From Sphaerodactylus townsendi (taxonomy: Eukaryota), in assembly GCF_021028975.2 (NCBI RefSeq), contig NC_059426.1, positions 126,046,001 to 126,110,000 on the forward strand: a DNA stretch of 64,000 bases, written 5' to 3'. Within the stretch, counting starts at the first letter, position 1; each line of letters begins with the position of its first letter. The notes under the pieces are model-generated. The model searched no databases. It saw nothing but the letters and a program-made list of their open reading frames with translations, and was not told the origin of the DNA. Positions 1-12,154 of the stretch are shown here, one piece after another. A program made the translations under genes and the position numbers.

Positions 1-166
1 CTGGTTCAGCCAATAGCAATTTTGTAATTTTAACCACCACGAAGGTAATAGGGACACTATCAAAACATTGGGAGGCTGCAACCTAAGCATCCCACTACAA
101 TGCAGTCCAAGCATTCTGAATGGAGGCTCCTTGAGAACACACTGGAAATACTCCCTAGTCTGATTC

Positions 167-400
167 TGGTGGGTTTTCCGGGCTGTGTGGCAGTGGTCTA
201 GTGGATCTTGTTCCTAACGTTTTGCCTGCATCTGTGGCTGGCTTCTTCAGAGGTGTATCACAGAGGGAAGTCTGTTACACACTGTGTCCAGAGAGAAGGA
301 AATGTTTGGGGTATATATTGTCCATGTCCCAGGGTGGGGAACCAATCAGTAAGTGTTTCGGTAGAACTTGTTATGCAAAGATGTGGTTGATAGTATTGTA
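167..400 (-). mobile_element. Penelope-like element (PLE) terminal/pLTR fragment with degenerate hammerhead motif
   Basis: Same repeat as 9765, 22087, 26039, 33654 and 37483; minus strand reads CCT-CTGAAGA-AGCC...GGC-AAAAC-GTT-AGG. Confidence 0.65.
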
Positions 401-667
401 TTGCAGGTCTCCCTAGTCTCTTCTCAAACACCTCCTGCTGCAATGAGGTGGAGAAAATCCAAAACTGGTTCTTTGCTTTTGGGATGAGGTACTTCACTGA
501 AGAAGCAAATAGTCACCGAAAAACTTACTGTCAGACACCATGGTGCCCATGGGTGCCCTACTGAGGATCACTGGGATCATGTTTAATGCACTCAGCTAAT
601 CTCCAAGGAACACTCAGGTATAAGAATTACAAATGCCCACACAGAGAGAATTTGACTAGCTGCTCAC

Positions 668-775
668 CTGCTTTGGTTTCTTGACTGGTTTCTGCTGTGC
701 ACTTACTGAATGGGTAGATTGATCTGGAGTAATATTGAAGCCACTTGCTTCATCCAGAGCTGCCTCCTCAGTAAG
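668..775 (-). CDS. ZFYVE19: ZFYVE19 (ANCHR) coding exon 9 (LTEEAALDEASGFNITPDQ...KPKQ); further exons lie outside the window
   Basis: ccatcag acceptor, CAG|GTGAGC donor, matches recalled human LTEEASLDEASGFNIP. Confidence 0.9.
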
Positions 776-1145
776 CTGATGGTAAATAAGAAACAACTTT
801 GGAACCCAAGGACTTTTTCTTCGTATGAAAGTTCTTTCTCAGAAATCACTTTCTTCTGCTCCTTTAATCTTTCATTTAGCAAACAAACATGTGATTACTA
901 GTTAATCTATTAGCTAGCAAGAGTTCTCCACATAATTCCAAATGCCACCAAAGATAATGTAAACACTTGCAGTGGAGGTTACTTGAGGCTTCTATACATA
1001 AGGTTATTGATAGATAATGAAACCATCAGTTTTAGTCAGGCCTGGTTGTGATGAAAACCTTACTTGCTGGTCATGGACCAGGTGCATTGGAGAGGATTCA
1101 ACAGCAACAATACCATAAAAGTAAAGGCTGGCAACTACTTTAGAC

Positions 1146-1225
1146 CTGTTGCAAAACTGTTTGAATGGCTTCCTCCTCTTCCATTTCTTCATCACTGTTG
1201 GGGAGTTTGTAGTCATCCAAAGTAA
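1146..1225 (-). CDS. ZFYVE19: ZFYVE19 coding exon 8 (VTLDDYKLPNSDEEMEEEEAIQTVLQQ)
   Basis: ttttacag acceptor, CAG|GT donor, phase consistent with neighbours, similar to human VTLQDYRLPDSDD. Confidence 0.9.
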
Positions 1226-1262
1226 CTGTAAAAGAAAGATTGTGAAACTGACAATGTAATTA

Positions 1263-1263
<1 letters not shown>

Positions 1264-1292
<29 letters not shown>
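1264..1292. repeat. (TG)n microsatellite
   Basis: Direct reading. Confidence 0.95.
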
Positions 1293-1294
<2 letters not shown>

Positions 1295-1942
1295 CTCAGT
1301 CTCTCATCATTTCATGATTTTAGAACATTGTGTGCCTCCACTTAGATTCTACCTACAGGGGTTCAGCGGTGTTTATCCTAGATCACAATCTTTTTCTAGT
1401 CCTTGCAAATGTGTCAATAATTTAAATCTCCCACTGCTTTGGGTAGGCTCTAGCTGTTGGTAGCAGAGTTGTCAAATTTTCAGTAAGTTGTTGCAGGGGT
1501 ACCTTTGAATTGTAGCTTAATATGCCAGCATTAGTGGCTGACAAATGTTTATCTCCGTACTATGAAAAAACTTTGAAACACTTGAGATTTCTTTAAGCAA
1601 TATTATAAATATTTTAGAGAAAAAGAGAATCTGGGGCAGAAAGAATAGGACTGCTAAATAACAGAAGACAAAAGTGTATCTTGAATTTGTCTTGAGGCTA
1701 GAAGAAAGCAAAAATACCATCTTCCCAGTTTTGGGTTGTGAAATTAACAGAGTTCTTGTTACTAGTGTGCCTTGAGAAATCCACTCATTTTTATCATTTT
1801 GGTTCTAAATAACCACAACCCTGGGACCACGAAACAGTCATTTACTTGTTTTGCATCTTGGACTAATTCCCATTAGTCAGAAAATAAGGATTAACTTCTT
1901 CCAAAGAAATAAGCCTCTGTTCCTAAGAACAATCTTGTGTAC

Positions 1943-2149
1943 CTTGCTCAGGGTCTTGGCCTCTCAATACAGCCAATCGCTTGGCCACTTCTAGAATCTT
2001 CTCCTGCCGGGTGTTCTCTTCCCTCAGCTCAGCAGCAGCCTCTGTCAGAAGTCTATTTTTCTCTTCTTCCAACTGTTTGGGATCCAGATCAGCAATGCTG
2101 ATGATCCTATCAGTTCGATTTAAGTCATTCAAACTCTGTGTGTTGATTT
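1943..2149 (-). CDS. ZFYVE19: ZFYVE19 coding exon 7 (..LEEEKNRLLTEAAAELREENTRQEKILEVAKRLAVLRGQDPEQ)
   Basis: ctcttcag acceptor, AAG|GTACAC donor, strong similarity to human EEEKSRLLAEAALELREENTRQERIL. Confidence 0.93.
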
Positions 2150-3639
2150 CTGAAGAGCAAAGACTTGGGGTTAATGAGTGATAGACACATCACAGACACA
2201 ATGTTAATTTCTCCTAGAATTTCAGTGCAAGCAGTTTCACACATTCATCTGCTAGTCCACAAGGATGATACACAGGTCTACCAAAATGCACATTAGTGCC
2301 AAGATGATGCAAATTTTGTGCAGAACGCATTCAGCAGTCAAACTTTCATGTTCCAATGAGATGATCAGATGTCAGCCAGTAACACAGGCTGATCAACTGA
2401 CCTCAAACAACTCGAAAGTCTGCTAAACATGTGGGGTTCTTTGCTTTCAAAACTGTGTTTGTGCAAACTGATACTGATCCAAGCAATGTGGTAGTCCTAA
2501 AATGGGGACAACTTAGGCAAACACCAAAGAATAGAAGCTTCTTTTAAAAAACACACAAAAACATTACAACTGATTTAGGGCAACTGCCACTCAGTGAGCC
2601 ACAGTTTTCCCTGCATTGTCTGCCTTCTGTGTCACCAGAAGATTTTGGAAGTTTCCAACTGGTATTGCTATTGTACTCTAGCAACAGTGTTCTAATAATG
2701 CACAGCCATGATCCCTGAAGTCCCTTTCACTTTTCTAAAAAGTTCTAGCCATTTCCATTGCAGGGTCATATGGAGAAAAGTGATCCTTGCACCTCTCCCG
2801 TTATAACTGTGCAACTGAAGGAGCTGGAGACTCTGTACAAAAACAGAAGCTGAGACTTCAGTAATTCCGGAAATATCTTGGTAGAATGTTAGAATCACAA
2901 TAGCAATTTCTGATTTAAAAAAAAATCTCCAAAGATCTTTTGATGGCATTGCAGATAAATGGTGGCCGTGGCTGTAGGAAAAACCAATCACATTGTACTA
3001 CAGTGTTTGGAAGAAATACAGTGAAGCACCCCTTCAAACAGCCATGAACATGCCAATGGATGGCTGAACCAATTGTCAAAAAATCCACTCTTGATTTGAG
3101 AAACGAGCTTAGGATGTGAGCTTAACTGGTGGGTGTTCAACCATCATAAATCAGTAAACAGATGATGCACTCCCTGCCCCCTTGTAGCTCCGCCACTGGG
3201 GACGACGACATCTTCACACACCACTGGGTTGCATCCTCATAACAGTTCTACAACTATATTTAAAATGTTTCTTTTTAAAAAAAAAATGGCAAGGGACAAG
3301 CTTATAAATGTACGTGCACCACTTCATAACAAATGACAAAAGACAAAACAGCCCTACCTATCGAAGCCTGTGGCAAGACCAGTTTGCTGATCCAGCATTT
3401 GAATTATTAGAATGCCCATGTGAATTGAGAGGTCAAGCTCACCTCACAATAAGGAACTCCCTATATCTGTCTTCTCTTTAAGATTTTTTTTAAAACTTTG
3501 CTGCAGCTTTTTTTGGTCAGTGTGATAAAAAGTCAGTTCCCTTTTAGAAATTTGTGTGGACATTCTAGAATTGTAAAAGTCATTACAGGATGAGATGGAA
3601 GCTGAATGAAAGCAGAACAAGAACACTGAGATAGGACAC

Positions 3640-3733
3640 CTGAGCTCTGGTCTATAGCAACTTCTTCAGCCATCTGGTTCAGCAGGTCATCTGACTGCTC
3701 AACTTGTGTCCTGGTATTGGAGAGCTGATGAAT
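3640..3733 (-). CDS. ZFYVE19: ZFYVE19 coding exon 6 (IHQLSNTRTQVEQSDDLLNQMAEEVAIDQSS)
   Basis: ttgttag acceptor; CAG|GTGTCC donor gives the phase 1 required by the next exon; similar to human DTRTQAQQTQDLLTQLAAEVAIDES. Confidence 0.85.
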
Positions 3734-4360
3734 CTAACAAGAGTGAGAGATACACAAGCAGAGTTAGATGAGCGATACGGGGCTCTCCATGAGTCACAGT
3801 CAGGAGACATAGAACACTACAGACACAAGGATCCCTAGATGTTTCAAACAGTTTGAGAGCATTTGCATTATTTTGTGCCAGTCAAGATTTCTCTTTTCCA
3901 GAGCTACTGAAGAACCACATCACCAGCCGCAGTTAAGATGGATTGCATGCCAGGCAGGAATTATGATCAACAGAACCCAATCCTACCAGCAGCCCAACTG
4001 TTTGAGAGCTGAGATAAACCAGCAAGGCAATATCATATATTGAGTAGCATTATATATTGAGCATATTTAAATAGGAAAATATTTCTAGTCAACACAGAGC
4101 ATCTGTCTTATATAAGGCCCTGTTTGCTCATTCCCTTGCTTTCCTTATATTTGAAATTCCTCCAAAAAATTATAACAGCATTCAGTGAACATTCTGTTCT
4201 TTCTCAAGATAGGTAACTATTGTCCCTATTCTTGTGATGAAAAAACTTGAAATACATAGACAACCAGTCCACTGCTTCCAACAAGGATTTTATTTATAAG
4301 ATTCATATCCTTATGCAACTAAATGATATGATACTGCATCCCTGAGTCCACCTTGGGGAC

Positions 4361-5700
4361 ACAGTGCCTTTTGAAAGTCCAAGTATATAATGTCTACTGG
4401 ATCACCATTGTCTACATGCTTGTTCACATTCTCAAAGAACTCCAAAAGGTTGGTGAGGCAGGACTTTTCTTTGCAGGAGCCATCCTGATTTCCGCTCAGT
4501 AGCTTTTGTTCCTCTGTGTGCTTAATACAAATCTCTTTGATTACAGTTTTTACTAACTTGCCTGGAACAGACGTTAAGCTGACTTGAAATTTCCTGGTGC
4601 CCCTCTGGAGCCTTTTTAAAAATTGGTGTAACATTTGCTACTCTCCAATCTTCTGGTACAGCAGCTGAATTTAGTAGTAAGCTACATATACGGGTTAGTA
4701 GATCAACTACCTCACATCTGAATGCTCTAAGAACTCTTAGGTCTACGTCACCAGGGCCTGAAAACAAATCAGTTTTTAATTTTCCCAAATTAAAACTTCA
4801 TTCCTCACCACCTCAATTTGACTCATTCCTATAGACTCCCTTCTTGAAAAAGTGACTGTGGCAAGGGCACATGCCCCACACTTCCCACAAGCAAAAATTC
4901 ATCAAATTTCCCTGTAGCTTCCTTTAGCAATTTCTTATTACTTGACCATCCAAACACGAAATTGCTCCTCTAGCTGGTTTCCTGCTCCAAATATAATTAA
5001 AGAAATTTTATTGTTTGTCTTGATGCTTTTAGCAACCAGCTCCTCAGATTCTCTTTTTGCATGCCTCATGATTGACTTTATATTTCTTTGGCCAGAGCCT
5101 GTGGTCCCTTCTGTTCACTTCCTTGGGTCAGACTTCCCACTTTTAAAAAGAAACCTGTCTATTTTTTCAAGCCTTGTCTTGTTAACCATGCAAGCATTAT
5201 TTTAGACTTGGCAATCCCTCTCCTAACCTGAGGAATGCATTCTATCTGGGCATAAAATGTGGTTTTCAGAAGCTTTCAAGCACCCCCTAGGGATCTGATT
5301 CACTTGCGTTTCCCTTTCAACTTCCTTCTAACTATTTCCCTCTTTTGAAATCAAATGTTGCAGTTTTGGACTTTAGAGGTAACATGAATTCTTAACTTAA
5401 TAGCACTGTGTTTACTGTTGCCAACTTCCTCATCTCTTACCAGGACTTGAGCCCCATGCAGAATCATATCCAAGATCACTACCCTTCTAATTGGCTCTGC
5501 GACCAGCTGTTCCAGTGCACAGTCATGTATGATGTCTATGAATCTCAATTCTACGGCATACCTCAAGGACACGTTTATCCAGTTCACGTGAGGATAGTTG
5601 AAATCTCTCAGTATCACAGCAATATCTGCTTTAATACCCTCTCTTGTTTCCTTCTTCATCTCAAGATCAGACTCAAGGGTTTGAACAGGTGGGCGTTAGT
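4361..5700 (-). mobile_element. Degraded CR1 LINE ORF2 fragment (endonuclease end to RT start)
   Basis: ORF pieces 'DFNYPHVNW', 'PEDWRVANVTPIFKK', 'SCLTNLLEFFE...YLDFQKA', homologous to the CR1 at 44.9-49 kb. Confidence 0.9.
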
Positions 5701-5745
5701 GTTTCTACCTATATTGCTTCTGTTGGGAAGTTGATTCCCCTAATG

Positions 5746-5875
5746 CAGTGGTGGTGAACCTTTGGCACTCCAGATGTTATGGACTACAATTCCCATCAGC
5801 CCCTTCCAGCATTGGCAGGGGCTGATGGGAATTGTAGTCCTTAACATCTGGAGTGCCAAAGGTTCGCCACCACGG
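5746..5875. mobile_element. Palindromic non-autonomous hAT MITE inserted next to the CR1 fragment
   Basis: Whole element is an inverted repeat; 8-bp TSD CCCTAATG at 5738-5745 and 5876-5883. Confidence 0.9.
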
Positions 5876-5909
5876 CCCTAATGTGTTCTATGCCCTCTTG
5901 ATTCTATGC

Positions 5910-6040
5910 CAGTGGTTCTCAACCTGGGAGTTGGGACCCCTTTGGGGGTCCAACGACCCTTTCACAGGGGTTGCCTAATACTGTCTGCATCAGTGTTCTC
6001 CATCTGTAAAATGGATAAATGTTAGGGTAGATGTACAGAT
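5910..6040 (+). mobile_element. SPIN-type hAT non-autonomous element, left part only
   Basis: CAGTGGTTCTCAACCTG..GACCCCTTTGGGGGTC..CGACCCTTTCACAGGGGT is the SPIN 5' end; complete sibling at 61786. Confidence 0.8.
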
Positions 6041-6846
6041 TTAATAACTTTTTAAAAACTGCTATTGTACACCAAGCAATCCAGCTATCCTACCCTGGCT
6101 CAGAGGCTTCTAGCACTGGCATGGTATGGGGCACTGCAATAATAAATGAAGATCTAGCAGAATAGGTTAATTCCCCACTTCTGCTGACATGAGCCATCCA
6201 CAGACACAGGATATTATATATATAATCTATCCTAACTGTGTGTGTGTGTGTGTATGTATATATATATATACACACACACACACCATCCACAGACGCAGGA
6301 GATTATATATATAATCTACACTAACTAATATATATATAATCTACCCTATATAATCTACCCTAACTGTACATCTACCCTTACATTTATCCATTTTACAGAT
6401 AGAGAACACTGATGCAGACACACACACGCACGCACACGCCAATTGATGTTTTCTTTTGATATCTGTTAGGATATTATTTTACTACCTTGTAGTTTAAAGA
6501 TTTTGTATATTTTGTATATTTTAACCTAGTTGAATAATTATTTATTGAACTGTTGTTAGCCACCCCAAACCCTGGGACCCAGGGGAGGGGTGGGACATAA
6601 GTCTAAAATGGAGTAAAGTAAAGCATTGTTGTGAGGCTCACCTGATCCTCAGAGAGGGTTTTCAAGAAAACAATGAGCTACTTGAAGAAAAAAAATGCAG
6701 GGAAAGAACCTTCCCTGCTTCTGTGAGCTATGACACATGATGCAACCCATGGATCTGTACAAAAGATGGACAGCTATCCCTAGTCTTTAGTTGCCACTAG
6801 GAAACAGTATCTGGTAGTGATTTATAAAAAGAGAGAGGGATCTTAC

Positions 6847-6992
6847 TGGCCTGGAAGCTGTGGAGGGAAGTGGTCTGCCCTGCAAGGCTGCCAGACGATT
6901 TTCCATCTCTTGGGTGGATGGAATGGGTTTTGCAGGGTCATCTTTCAGTGCTGCCAGCCTGGACTCTATTTCAGCCTGTGATGGAATGGACT
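6847..6992 (-). CDS. ZFYVE19: ZFYVE19 coding exon 5 ([49 protein letters not shown])
   Basis: cactgcag acceptor, CCA|GTAAGA donor, near identity to human [30 protein letters not shown]. Confidence 0.95.
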
Positions 6993-9037
6993 CTGCAGTG
7001 AAAAGTGAATTGGCTTATTAACAATCACCCAAAATGAGTTTGGTACCTTTATTTGCTTTCATGCTTACACAGGGGACCTTAACAGATAATCAAGTACATA
7101 GCCATAATGAATAGAGATCAAAGATACTGAAAGACCATGCAGGTACTGGCATAGGCCATTTTTCTCTCTGATCATGTCTGCAAGTGCACAGCACTCTAAA
7201 AGCCACATTTCTGCGGTCTGAGAGAATTGGACAACAGTTTATTCACTGTCTGCTGTTTGCGAGACAAAGGGTCATTCAGAATGCTTAAGCTCCATCTGCT
7301 GATCACCAGAAGACTTGCAAACATGCTCCCCATCCAGTGTCAAATATTTCATCAGACTCTGTCCACACAACAAGCAAGTAAGCCTTTGCAAACTGAAGGC
7401 TAGAAATTGGCGGGGGGGGGGGGGGGGGCGCGAATGTTTCTCAGAACAAAAAAAAACACTTCTACAATGTTTAACAGAAATATTTCTGGAGTAAAACATG
7501 GTGAGAACTAGAAATCAAAAACTTGATAAATTGTTATTATATATGACTACAGCTGCCAGATTATTATACACTCAGTTATGGAAAAATTGAAGAATACCCT
7601 CGATGGAAGATGGGATACTAAAACAGATTTTGCCAAAACGGGTAAACTTTCTTATCTGCTAAGAGATAAGAATTGGGATTCTTCTGCAGAGACTTGGGAT
7701 CCCTTAATATCATATCTTAAAATATGATATCCTGTACTACCTGCCTCTAGCTTTGTTATACAAGCAGCATGTAATTGAGATGGAAAATTCTTCTCTTTCT
7801 TTCTTTGTTTAAAATTCAGAAAATTAAACCAAACCCACCTATTGTACCTGTTATCCCCTTGCTTAATATTTTGAAGAATATATTTTTAAATAAGCTTGAA
7901 AATTTGTTAAATTAAAACTTAGGAAAGAGAAATTAATTTCTATCTGATTTACATTTTCCAGTAGGTATTAACTATAGTATAAAAGATACATATTGGGGCA
8001 AAGGTAGGAAATCTGTGTTATATTGTTAGTTAATGTAAGACATGGTTTGTTGGTTACTCAGATAGGTTTAATCAAGTATTCATGATTTTGTTTTTATGTG
8101 TTTAGTTAATTTAACTCAATAAAGTGTTTTTAAAAAGAAAATATACTTCTATTTTTCAAATGCAAGCTGGTAAATATCCAAGCTTGAATTTGGGAAGGGG
8201 TCCTTTATCAGCCTGTGGGCACCTTAGAATTCTGGAACAGGTTGGTTGGCACATCCCCAAAATAGCTGCCAAAGAAGGTAAAACCAACCTCAAAATGGCT
8301 GTGACAGAGCACAGCCATGCTCAGTGAGGAAGCTCAAGTGCAGAGAAGAGGGGTAATTAAAAATATGTTGGAAAAGAGGAATGAGAGAGAATGAACACAA
8401 CACTGTTGTGGCAGCTGCAACTGAAACAATGTTACTTTAAACTGTGAAGTCAATCAGATGTCCAATAACCAATTAGAAGCCTTTCTGGGGAAGTGCCCCA
8501 CCTGATCCCACCAACTTCCTAAAATGTCTTGGTGGATAGCAAGAAAGGTGTTGGCAGATGCTAAGTTGTCAATGGGCACCATATTGGGCTTGTAAAATAT
8601 AAGGCAATTTCTCACCAGCTTTTTCCTTTCAGCACCTTCAAATGGATCAAGTGGGGCCTCTGAAGCAGTAAAGCAAGCAGTAAAAGGCCTATGGTCCAGC
8701 AGCGCAACATATTATATGTATGCAGAAGTTCCAATTTCAAAGCCAGCACCTCCAGGTAAATGTCTTCACATAGCAGGTGTGCACTGGGACTAGACCTAGC
8801 AACTGTTCACCACCTGAGATTCCCTGTGGTGAGTCCCATATAAATTGGTTTTGTGCATCTAGGAGTTCCTATTTATTGGAACAAAGGAGATAAAGAATGT
8901 ATTCTAAATCCTACATCATATTCTGTGTTCCCAGGGTTTTTCAAGAAATTTCACTGTCTTTTGCATGTATAGAAACAAGTTGGGAATTCATCTGTACAAT
9001 ATAATATCTGGCAGGCGGGGAGTATAATGAGACTCAC

Positions 9038-9198
9038 TGGACTTTGATTCCTTCTTGAGCCTCTCCAGTCTCTCTGCTATGGCTCGATCCTCTTTGGATA
9101 ACCCTCGATACTCAGAGTCTGTTTGACTTTGGGATTTCACCAAGCCCTTCTGAGGACCCTGTGGCTGGTTTTGCTTTGCCTCAAGGGCTGCTACACGC
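9038..9198 (-). CDS. ZFYVE19: ZFYVE19 coding exon 4 (RVAALEAKQ...YRGLSKEDRAIAERLERLKKESKS)
   Basis: ttcttgcag acceptor, A|GTGAGT donor, frame continuity. Confidence 0.93.
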
Positions 9199-9764
9199 CT
9201 GCAAGAAGAATCACCAGCATAAGCTTTCTGTTCTTTCATCAAATTTTAATATTGTCTTATTCAGGGTGGTATACATGCATCTCACATTGGTATACATGCA
9301 GACAAACCTTTCCTACTTTGTCTTCACAACAAACCCTGTGAGAGAGACATGTGATAGTCCCAAGGTCATTCAATGAGCTTCATGGCCAAGTAGGGATTTA
9401 AACTGGCATTTCTCTAAGCCTAGACTAATCATTAAACCACAGTGGTATACATTAGAGAAGGAGATATGAAACAGGCCTTTAGATCCCTTTGATTGCTTAC
9501 TGCCTACCAGCAGTAAACACCACCCACCACTCTAGGCAGTAAGCAATCAAAAGGATCAAAAGCCCAGGCTACTGCAATGCAGATACCCTCACTAATTGAT
9601 TATGCTAACTTCATGGTTACTCACATGCTAAATGGGTGGATCCCACCCAACACATGCACATCAAGTTTGCTAATTGCACCCTTTACACTTGTTAATAGGC
9701 AAATGGTTCTTTCTCCCACCCTGGATATTCCACAGGTATATATACACTTGCTTTACTACCATCA

Positions 9765-9862
9765 GATCCTCTAAAGATGCCAGCCACAGATGCAGGCAAA
9801 ATGTCAGGAGAAAATGCTACTAGAACACGGCCATACAGCCTGGAAACCACATAACACCCCAG
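9765..9862 (+). mobile_element. Penelope-like pLTR fragment (degenerate hammerhead)
   Basis: CCTCTAAAGATGCCAGCCACAGATGCAGGCAAAATGTCAGGAG matches the family. Confidence 0.65.
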
Positions 9863-10409
9863 TCTAAAAGCTCATCAGTTTTCTAAAACCAGATAACTTG
9901 ATGGCTGCAGCTTCAAATGAAGACTTGCAGGCATTAATTCACCATCAAACACTGGAGGCACCAGTTTTCATATCACTATACCTCACAATCACCTTTTCTA
10001 AATTGATCCAAACATTCAGCTAGAATCATGCTGAGAATCAAGTAATGGACATAGACACTGACCTAAAGAGATATGAAGTTTAAGTAGTTATTATATGGAA
10101 AACTAATTTTCTTGAGACTCAAGATGTTTTGAGGTTCAGAAGCACAGAAACTAATCCACTATGAAATGAGAATTGCTACTATAGCAGTAGAAGCACCGCA
10201 GATGAGATTCTGAAAGCTATCTGAACCTTCTCCTTGTACTGTATGTTAGGAATACTGTCACCAGTAGACAATTTTATACACAGCTGGTTAATGGTCAGAA
10301 CTATTGGTCTTAGTCAGATTCTAAACGGACACAGAATGCTGTAGCAGGTACATAGATATATACATACAGGATATTGAATGAAGCCAAGTATGTTGGTATT
10401 AGAACTCAC

Positions 10410-10463
10410 TTTTTATAGTTTTCTGGTGGGGACCATTTAGCTGCATTGGACTGATGTGGTCCA
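10410..10463 (-). CDS. ZFYVE19: ZFYVE19 coding exon 3 (GPHQSNAAKWSPPENYK)
   Basis: ccttttag acceptor, AA|GTGAGT donor, human KWSPPQNYKK. Confidence 0.92.
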
Positions 10464-11162
10464 CTAAAAGGCAAATGAGATAGGTCACAGGGGTAGAATA
10501 TGGATTTATTTATTTATTTACAGTGGCAGAAAATAGCTTGCCTTATGAGATGCCTTGAGAACAGCAGCATAGCACTACTGGAGCATTCTTTTCACTGTGT
10601 CCTTAATGGATAGTATGCTTTCAATTAAAAGGAATGCCAGATCCCACCCCACTCCCCGCTTCCTCCACTTATCTTATTTTTACTAATTAAAATCTTTCTG
10701 TTTCACTGACAAGTCAAAACTGTAGGGGGAGTACTTTGGCTTTTCTAAATATGCTTTCTAAATATGCTATTTTCTTTCTTTTAAAAAAATGTAATGCAGA
10801 ACAGTACAATCATACTATATCTATTATTTTGTGTGGATGTGAGCATTAAGAATAAAGAGGGGGGAACTGCAAATGAATGATTCCCAAATGGAATGTATGT
10901 CCTTGGTTTCAATGCAAAGGAACATTCCCCTTCCTCCATGTGTCCAATTACATTTACATTTTTGTTCACTCTGTAATGTAGTAGTAGAAATGTTACTCAG
11001 CTACTGCAATTCAAAACCACAATTTTGCATGTGTTTCCCAGTGCTGTAATTAGCTCAAAAGGGGTGAGGGGAACTCACCCTCCATCTCCTATCCAGTGCT
11101 GAAACTGAGGGGGAAAAACCCCTGTACCGATACAACAGTCAGAACCACAGCTATGTTCTCAC

Positions 11163-11284
11163 CTGGTTAATTCCTTGTGGCACTGCTTGCATACCTTCTG
11201 TTGAGTATTTCCACAACGGGGGACGTTTGCACTGAATCCAAGGCAGCCAGAACAGAACGCTCGCCCACAGTTCTTGCATCCAAA
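11163..11284 (-). CDS. ZFYVE19: ZFYVE19 coding exon 2, FYVE domain (FGCKNCGRAFCSGCLGFSANVPRCGNTQQKVCKQCHKELT)
   Basis: ctctctcag acceptor, AG|GTGAG donor, FYVE cysteine pattern. Confidence 0.96.
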
Positions 11285-12154
11285 CTGAGAGAGGCAGAAA
11301 AGGAGGAAAGAAAAGAAGCAAGCCTCCTTAGAACCTGGCTGTACTAACACTGAGAAATCTCTATTGTAGTTTTTGAGCAAGAGTCACAAGGAAGATGCTT
11401 CCATACCAACATGTGCCAAACGTGTATTGGAAAGGGGCACTTGCATTAGTTTGCAGAAGCCAAAACCAAGCAGAGACCTAGTAGCACATAAAAGACTAAT
11501 CAATGCTTAGTCTTACATAAGCTTTTTTGGATCACAGCCCATTTTATCCATTGTTGAGGTTCTAGTCCCCAAAAGGTTATCAGGCTAACAGCCCAATTGG
11601 GCGGGGGGGGGGGGGGGCCCTGAAGTGACTCCAGGAGACAGCACAGAGCTGTGCTGGTGGATGTGCCCTCTCTAGGGCACTTACCCTGGTAGAAGGGCAA
11701 ATCCGCGGGTCAGCCACCCTGGCCCTCCAGGTCTCCCAGATGTGGCACTGAATGCTGCATCAGTTTTCCTGCACCACCGGCCCTGCTGGCCTAGCAAAGG
11801 CATTCCAGAGGCATGGCAGAGGGTGGAGCTGATATTAGTTGGCTTCCAAGCCAGCACTGCCTCCAGGTATGTGGTGGCCTGGGCATACATCTTAAGTAAC
11901 CCTTTTGGGTACTTAAGTGCATGCAGAAGGGCTATCTAGCAGCAGAGAGGTTTAAAAAGCTCTCTGGAAGCGGCAGGGCTTTGCGCCAGCAGCACTGTCC
12001 CCGCCTGCCTAGGGCTGTGGATTGACAGCTTTCTATATATAAGTAAATTAAATATTTGTTAAGATAAATAGCCCAAGGAGACAGAATTTTAACAAACAAA
12101 TTATGATAAAGATTATCAAGATTTTGTTAATTAAATCTGTAAACAGAGAAAACA

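Noticed and set aside
7409-7428. G-runs (also near 11603, 13722, 60958) as G-quadruplex elements
   Set aside because: Simple homopolymers of unreliable length with no supporting context
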